In this document: piece after piece, positions 58,047-64,000 of the stretch
Position numbering within the stretch: position 1 is the first letter of the stretch
How the letters are laid out: the number at the start of each line of letters is the position of its first letter
Source: Eledone cirrhosa
Lineage: Eukaryota
Assembly (NCBI GenBank): GCA_964016885.1
Contig: OZ024751.1
Coordinates: 22,506,001-22,570,000, forward strand
Direction: 5' to 3'
Length of the DNA stretch: 64,000 nucleotides
Notes under the pieces: model-generated
What the model was told of the DNA's origin: nothing
What the model saw: only the letters and a program-made list of their open reading frames with translations
The model's database searches: none
Made by a program: the position numbers and the translations under genes

Positions 58047-58752
58047 CTTTGACGCATAGAGTTACGGCCCTTGCCATTCTGAGTTCAAATCCCACCGAGG
58101 TTAACTTTGCCTTTCATCCTTATGGGGTCGATAAAATAAAGTACCAGTAATGTACTGGGTAATTGCTGGCTTTGTGCCAAATGTAGAAACAATTATTATT
58201 ATTTTGGCAGAATCGGTAGAGGGTCGGACGCCATGCTTTGCAGCATAGTTAAGTCCCTTTACAGTCTGAGTTCAAATCCCACCGAGGTTAACTTTGCCTT
58301 TCATCCTTATGGGGTCGATAAAATAAAGTACCAGTAATGTACTGGGTAATTGCTGGCCTTGTGCCAAATGTAGAAACAATTATTATTATTTTGGCAGAAT
58401 CGGTAGAGGGTCGGACGCCATGCTTTGCAGCATAGTTACGTCCCTTTACAGTCTGAGTTCAAATCCCGCCGAGGTTAACTTTGCCTTTCATCCTTACGGG
58501 GTCGATAAAATAAAGTACTAGTAATACACTGGATAATTGCTGGCCTTGTGCCAAATGTAGAAACAATTATTATTATTTTGGCAGAATCGGTAGAGGGTCG
58601 GACGCCATGCTTTGCAGCATAGTTACGTCCCTTTACAGTCTGAGTTCAAATCCCGCCGAGGTTAACTTTGCCTTTCATCCTTACGGGGTCGATAAAATAA
58701 AGTACCAGTAATGTACTGGGTGATTGCTGGCCTTGTGCCTAAAGTAGAAACA
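58047..58752 (+). mobile_element. head-to-tail array of four SINE copies (~187 bp period)
   Basis: Units start at ~58047 (5' truncated), 58204, 58391 and 58578, joined by aattattattattt. Confidence 0.9.
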
Positions 58753-58779
58753 CTTATATATTACTATAATTATTAAGAG

Positions 58780-59320
58780 ACGTAGGTTGCCAGAGGCGAT
58801 AGAGCGTCGAACAAACGTGTCGCAGTATTTTTGGGGGTTCCTTACGTTCTGAGTTCAATTATGTTTTAGGTCAACTTTGTCTGACATCTTCTCGGGGCCT
58901 AATAAATAAAATACCAGTCGATTACTGGGGGCCAATATATAATCGACTTTCCCCTTCCCCTAAATTACTGGCCTTGTACCTTATTTCAGAAACCATTATT
59001 ATTATTATTGCATTGCGGAATAGAGTTATGGTCCTTTACGTTCTGAGTTTAAATCCCACCGAGGTTAGCTTTGCTTTTCATCCTTACGGGGTCAATAAAA
59101 TATTGTACCAGTAACAAACTGTGTCGATTTAATCGGCTTTCTTCCTTCCCCCAAAATATTGCTGGCCTTGTTCCTAAATTTGAAACCATTATTATTATTT
59201 TTTTTTTTTTTTGGTACTTTATTTTATCGAATGTACCAGTCACACGCTGGGGTCGATTTAATCGACTTTCCCCTCGCCCCAAAATTGCTGGCCTTTTGCC
59301 TATATAAGAAACCATTATTT
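58780..59320 (+). mobile_element. older SINE copies of the dominant family
   Basis: B box and gtaccagt...ggggtcgatttaatcgactttcccc...ggccttgt motifs. Confidence 0.75.
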
Positions 59321-59633
59321 GTTTGTTTTGGTTTATGTGAAAACCAATTCCATGTCTAATTTATTCATGTGTGGTTGTGTGACCATGTAACTGGAGTAGT
59401 CTTGTCTTGATCAAATTCTTGTAAATTATACACATGTATACATTCACACACAGATACATAAACACGCACACACATAAACACGCACTAATACATATACATA
59501 AGCGTGGCGTGTGTATATATGCATGTTAAAGTGTGTACAAGCGTGTGTGTGTGCATGACTTTATACACAGACACACACTAATACATGTGCATAAGTGTGA
59601 ATAGTGTATGTATACATGTTAGAGTATATACAA

Positions 59634-59670
<37 letters not shown>

Positions 59671-59703
59671 ACTGTATATATATATATATATATATATATA
59701 CAA

Positions 59704-59734
<31 letters not shown>

Positions 59735-59737
59735 CAA

Positions 59738-59812
<75 letters not shown>

Positions 59813-61678
59813 TACATGTGTATAGTTTCACTCAGACATACACACAAACACGCATTAATATGTATATACATAAGCGTGGCGTGTGTATGTATGCATATTA
59901 AAATAAATACAAAATGTATATATATACATATGTGTATACATTCACATACAGACACGCACTAATACATATATTTGTATATGTACGTAGGTATGTAAATTTA
60001 CCCTTCTTTCTACAATCGTATCACTCTACAATCGTATCTCGCCATCGATGGCGAGAAAGACACTTCCTTAAGGTCCCACAGAGTGGAATCGAAACTGAAA
60101 CGTAGGTGTCCACAAATCCTATTTTATTTAATACGTTGAGTTAGTTGGTTTCAAGGACAATAGATCATCAAGGTTTTTTTTTTTAACTTCTGAAGGTGAT
60201 ATCTGCGGTTAACGCTTCAATATGACAAGTTCTTATTTCCATGTCTTCTTAAAGTACAAACCTTTTGTAGAATTTCAGAAGGAAAATATTTGCATTCTAT
60301 ATGTTTTTTCCTTGTTTCTATTTCTGTTTAAAATTATATCACTTACTTCCTATCCATCCGTATGTTTTTGCCGTAAAATATAACATTGACAAAAGTAAAT
60401 TACTATAAAAAGAATGAACGTTCTATTGATATACTTGAAACAGTAAACATATATATTCACTCTCTATAAAAGCTATCTAAAAAACCCAAAACTAACCCGA
60501 AATGCATATTTATTTTGTGAAATATATAATGATTCTTTTTATATAATCCCATTAAACATATCATATTTTCTTCAGATTCAATATACTCAGCTGATTTTTT
60601 TTCTGCCATTTTTTCTCCTTTCAGTAGCAAACGGTTTACATAATTCTATCTTCTAACATATAAAAAAAAAAAAGATAGGTAAATGTCAACAACGAACATT
60701 GTGAAATTTTTCTGTTTGCTGCTTGTCTTTGAGATTTATTGATAGATATAGGAGAAGACAAGTTGATACGAAAGTATATATTTTTAAAGCTAAACTCGTC
60801 GTTTAGAATATCATACACGACTTAAATCTTACTACATCTCAGTAAACAAGTTGAACATTTTTTTTTAATAACGAAATTTCTTCGTCGTTGAGAGGAAGAA
60901 CAGAAGAAAAATTCTTAAAATGGAAATAATCTCTCGTTGGTTTAACCTGGTGTAACTTTGAATCTCAAAGGGTAAGAAACTCGTTTAGAAATAAACAAAC
61001 AGGGAAACAACACACCATAGAAAATGTAAAGTAATTCAAGTTAAATTGGTAAAGTTAAGTTGCGGCTCTACTTAGAGTGACTCTCTGATCACCGAGCTAC
61101 GCACGCTCTCGATTAAAATTACTCCAAAGACCCTCCGAGAAACCTCATTTCGTCCGCTTTTTATACGCTGAATCAATTGGAGACGCTTACTTTCTGCGTG
61201 TGAAGCCGTCATTCGGTATGATGCTTCTTTCAGAAGGGCCTACTAAGTTTTTCAGATGGTCACATCTGGTCTTTCAGAAGACAACACAGTGTATCAGAAA
61301 GCCACACTTAGTCTTTCAGATGGCAACACTCAATCTTTCAGAAGGGTGCACAGTGTTTCAGAGGGCCACAGGTTCACCCACCACATGCCTTTAACATTAA
61401 TTGCGATGTAATCTGATAATTTATCCAAAAAAAAAACAAAAAACAAAAAAAAAGAACGTACTTATTTCATCCAACCCGAAGAGATAAGAGAAACCAATGT
61501 TAGTTTATCCTTTCGGAATTTGAAAGAAGAAACATAACTAACTACTACAAGGAATTCCGCCCGACACTCTACCGTTTTTGCTAAACTACCGCTCTTTTTA
61601 GCAATAAAATAAAAAAAAAAATATGAGTGTAGAATACTGAAAATGTATTAATAGTAATCATCGTAAAACATTCTAAAA

Positions 61679-61980
61679 TACAGTGGAACCTCGGTTCACG
61701 AACGCGTCTAATCACTAACAAACCGGTTCAATAACAATTTTTCTGAACATAAAATGTCTCGGTTCATGAATGGTGCCTCGAGTAACGAACGCACAAGCCG
61801 CAACAACAGTTGGCGACAAGCTTGGAGTATCGACGTGAAAACATCACTTACTATGTATTAGTTACTATCAGTCTTTCACCCACAGTCTCTCTTTCATTGT
61901 ATTTCTTTTTCAATATTTCGTATGGGAAAAATAGTTTCGGTATACGAACCCTTCGGGTGACGAACAGCCTTCAGGAACTG
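61679..61980 (+). mobile_element. pogo/Tigger-like non-autonomous DNA transposon fragment
   Basis: Starts TA-CAGTGGAACCTCGGTTCACGAAC with recurring subterminal tcggttc/acgaac motifs. The right TIR is not evident. Confidence 0.55.
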
Positions 61981-62340
61981 TATTGTAAAACATTGTAAAA
62001 TATTGAAAATCTATTAATAGAAGTCGTTGAATCTGTCTTTAATTGAGGTGAATTTTATTTTTTGTTGAACTAAAAACTAAATTTGTTACTTCTTTCTTTT
62101 GATTATATTTTGTAAAAATAAAAATAAATAAATAAATTAAATTAAATAAAAACAAAATAAAAAAAAAATCGAAATATTTCCAATTTCTTTGAATCTATTA
62201 ACTACTTTCTATGGAGATCCCTAAAAATAGCACTATAGAAGTCACTCCCTTTTATAATGTCGCATTAGAAGAATATTCTAGAAGTTAACAAGCTCAGACT
62301 TTGAAGATCTACCACTCTTTGCATCGCTCTTCCAAACACA

Positions 62341-62382
<42 letters not shown>

Positions 62383-62531
62383 AGTACTCTTTCTCGCTTC
62401 CTTTTTAAAAAAATATCTTTTCATTTATTTTTCTTTTGCTTTTTCGACAATCAACAAATAAAAGATATATAAAAGGTTATTATATACATGTATAACATAA
62501 GGAGTGCTTATGTTTGTATAAAATACTATAT

Positions 62532-62607
<76 letters not shown>

Positions 62608-62670
62608 TTATATATATATACATATATATACATATATATATATATACATATATAGATATATATATACATT

Positions 62671-62702
<32 letters not shown>

Positions 62703-62779
62703 CATATATATATGTATATATATATATACATTTATATATATATATATATATACATACATATATATACATATATATATAT

Positions 62780-62813
<34 letters not shown>

Positions 62814-63106
62814 CACATATATATATACACAAATATATATATATATATATATATATAGTATTTACATACATTCTCACACACACATATATATACACATATA
62901 TATATATATACATACATATATATATATACATAAACACACTCACATACATACACACATAATTGTGTGTGTTCAAGCAAATAAACTAAACTGGACCACAGTC
63001 CTAATTACGGAAGGTCTTCATATTTAGATGATTAGATGTATTTCTGTAAACAAGATTTATTTGTCAAGTCTAATTTCAAATGATCCTTGTATTTACACAA
63101 ACAGCA

Positions 63107-63158
<52 letters not shown>

Positions 63159-63241
63159 GAATTACTGTGAATACTACTACAATTACCACTACTACAACTA
63201 CTACTACTACTACTATTACTGTGACTACTACAACAACAATA

Positions 63242-63277
<36 letters not shown>

Positions 63278-63339
63278 GCTATTTTCTGACAGAAAAAATA
63301 AGGTGGAGTAAGTAGAACAAAAAACAGAGGGGTTGAAAA

Positions 63340-63580
63340 TAGTTAATGAGAAGGTCGCAGAGTGTGACGAAAGAGTTTTGACTATTAAATAACCACCCAG
63401 TTACTAAATTAACCGAGGAATGGGTTAGTTACCTTAATAATGATATAACCGAAGTAAACTTGAACCAGTGCGTGTGTTTTTAATGACAGCATGACCCTTG
63501 CAAATGTAACAATATCTATTTCAACACACTGTTTCACATTAAGAATCTTACAAAATAAAATACAAAAACGAATATATAAG
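63340..63580 (+). mobile_element. diverged family A copy
   Basis: ggtcgcagagtgtgacGAAAgagttttgac and accagtgcgtgtgttttt...catgaccct...aagaatctt match 2821-2852 and 2998-3110. The CUGA core has decayed. Confidence 0.6.
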
Positions 63581-63900
63581 TTTATCATAAACATTCTAAT
63601 TATTATATTAGCTGTATGTATGTATGTATGTATGTATGTATGTATGTATGTATGTATGTATGTATGTATGTATGTATGTATGTATTTATGTATGTATGTA
63701 TGTATGTATGGATGGATGGATGGATGTACACATATACATACATACATAGGCACACAAATACACAGAGAGAAAAAGAGTGAAAGAGAGAGAGAGAAACATA
63801 CACAAACATACGCAAGCAAAGATAAACACACATACACACACAAACACACACACACACAAATACACACATCCAAACATACTCACACAGAGGTACACACAAA

Positions 63901-63956
<56 letters not shown>

Positions 63957-64000
63957 TCCAAACATACTCACACAGAGGTACACACAAACACACACACACA

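Overview
This is AT-rich eukaryotic non-coding DNA saturated with microsatellites: (TA)n, (CA)n, (GA)n, (ATG)n, (AAG)n and (CAC)n. The SINE types and repeat density suggest an animal genome, probably an octopus or other cephalopod (inference), and probably an intron or intergenic region. I found no credible intact protein-coding gene, and nearly all ORFs in the track are translations of simple repeats. Recognisable content: dozens of tRNA-derived SINE copies (some in head-to-tail arrays), Tc1/mariner and pogo-type MITEs, a decayed RT fragment of R4/Dong type, a 97-bp satellite amplified from the C-terminal coding end of an RTE-type LINE, and several minisatellites. The most striking pattern is a set of at least six unrelated families of short non-coding elements. 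They sit in or next to simple-repeat tracts, mostly (TA)n, and carry hammerhead-ribozyme (HHR) motifs: CUGANGA, stem II, GAAA, stem III, NUH. Five of the six families form inverted duplications with the HHRs pointing outward from the centre. This architecture matches the termini of Penelope-like retroelements (PLEs) or non-autonomous ribozyme retroelements, but no PLE ORF is visible in the window. All coordinates were read by eye and may be off by a few bases.
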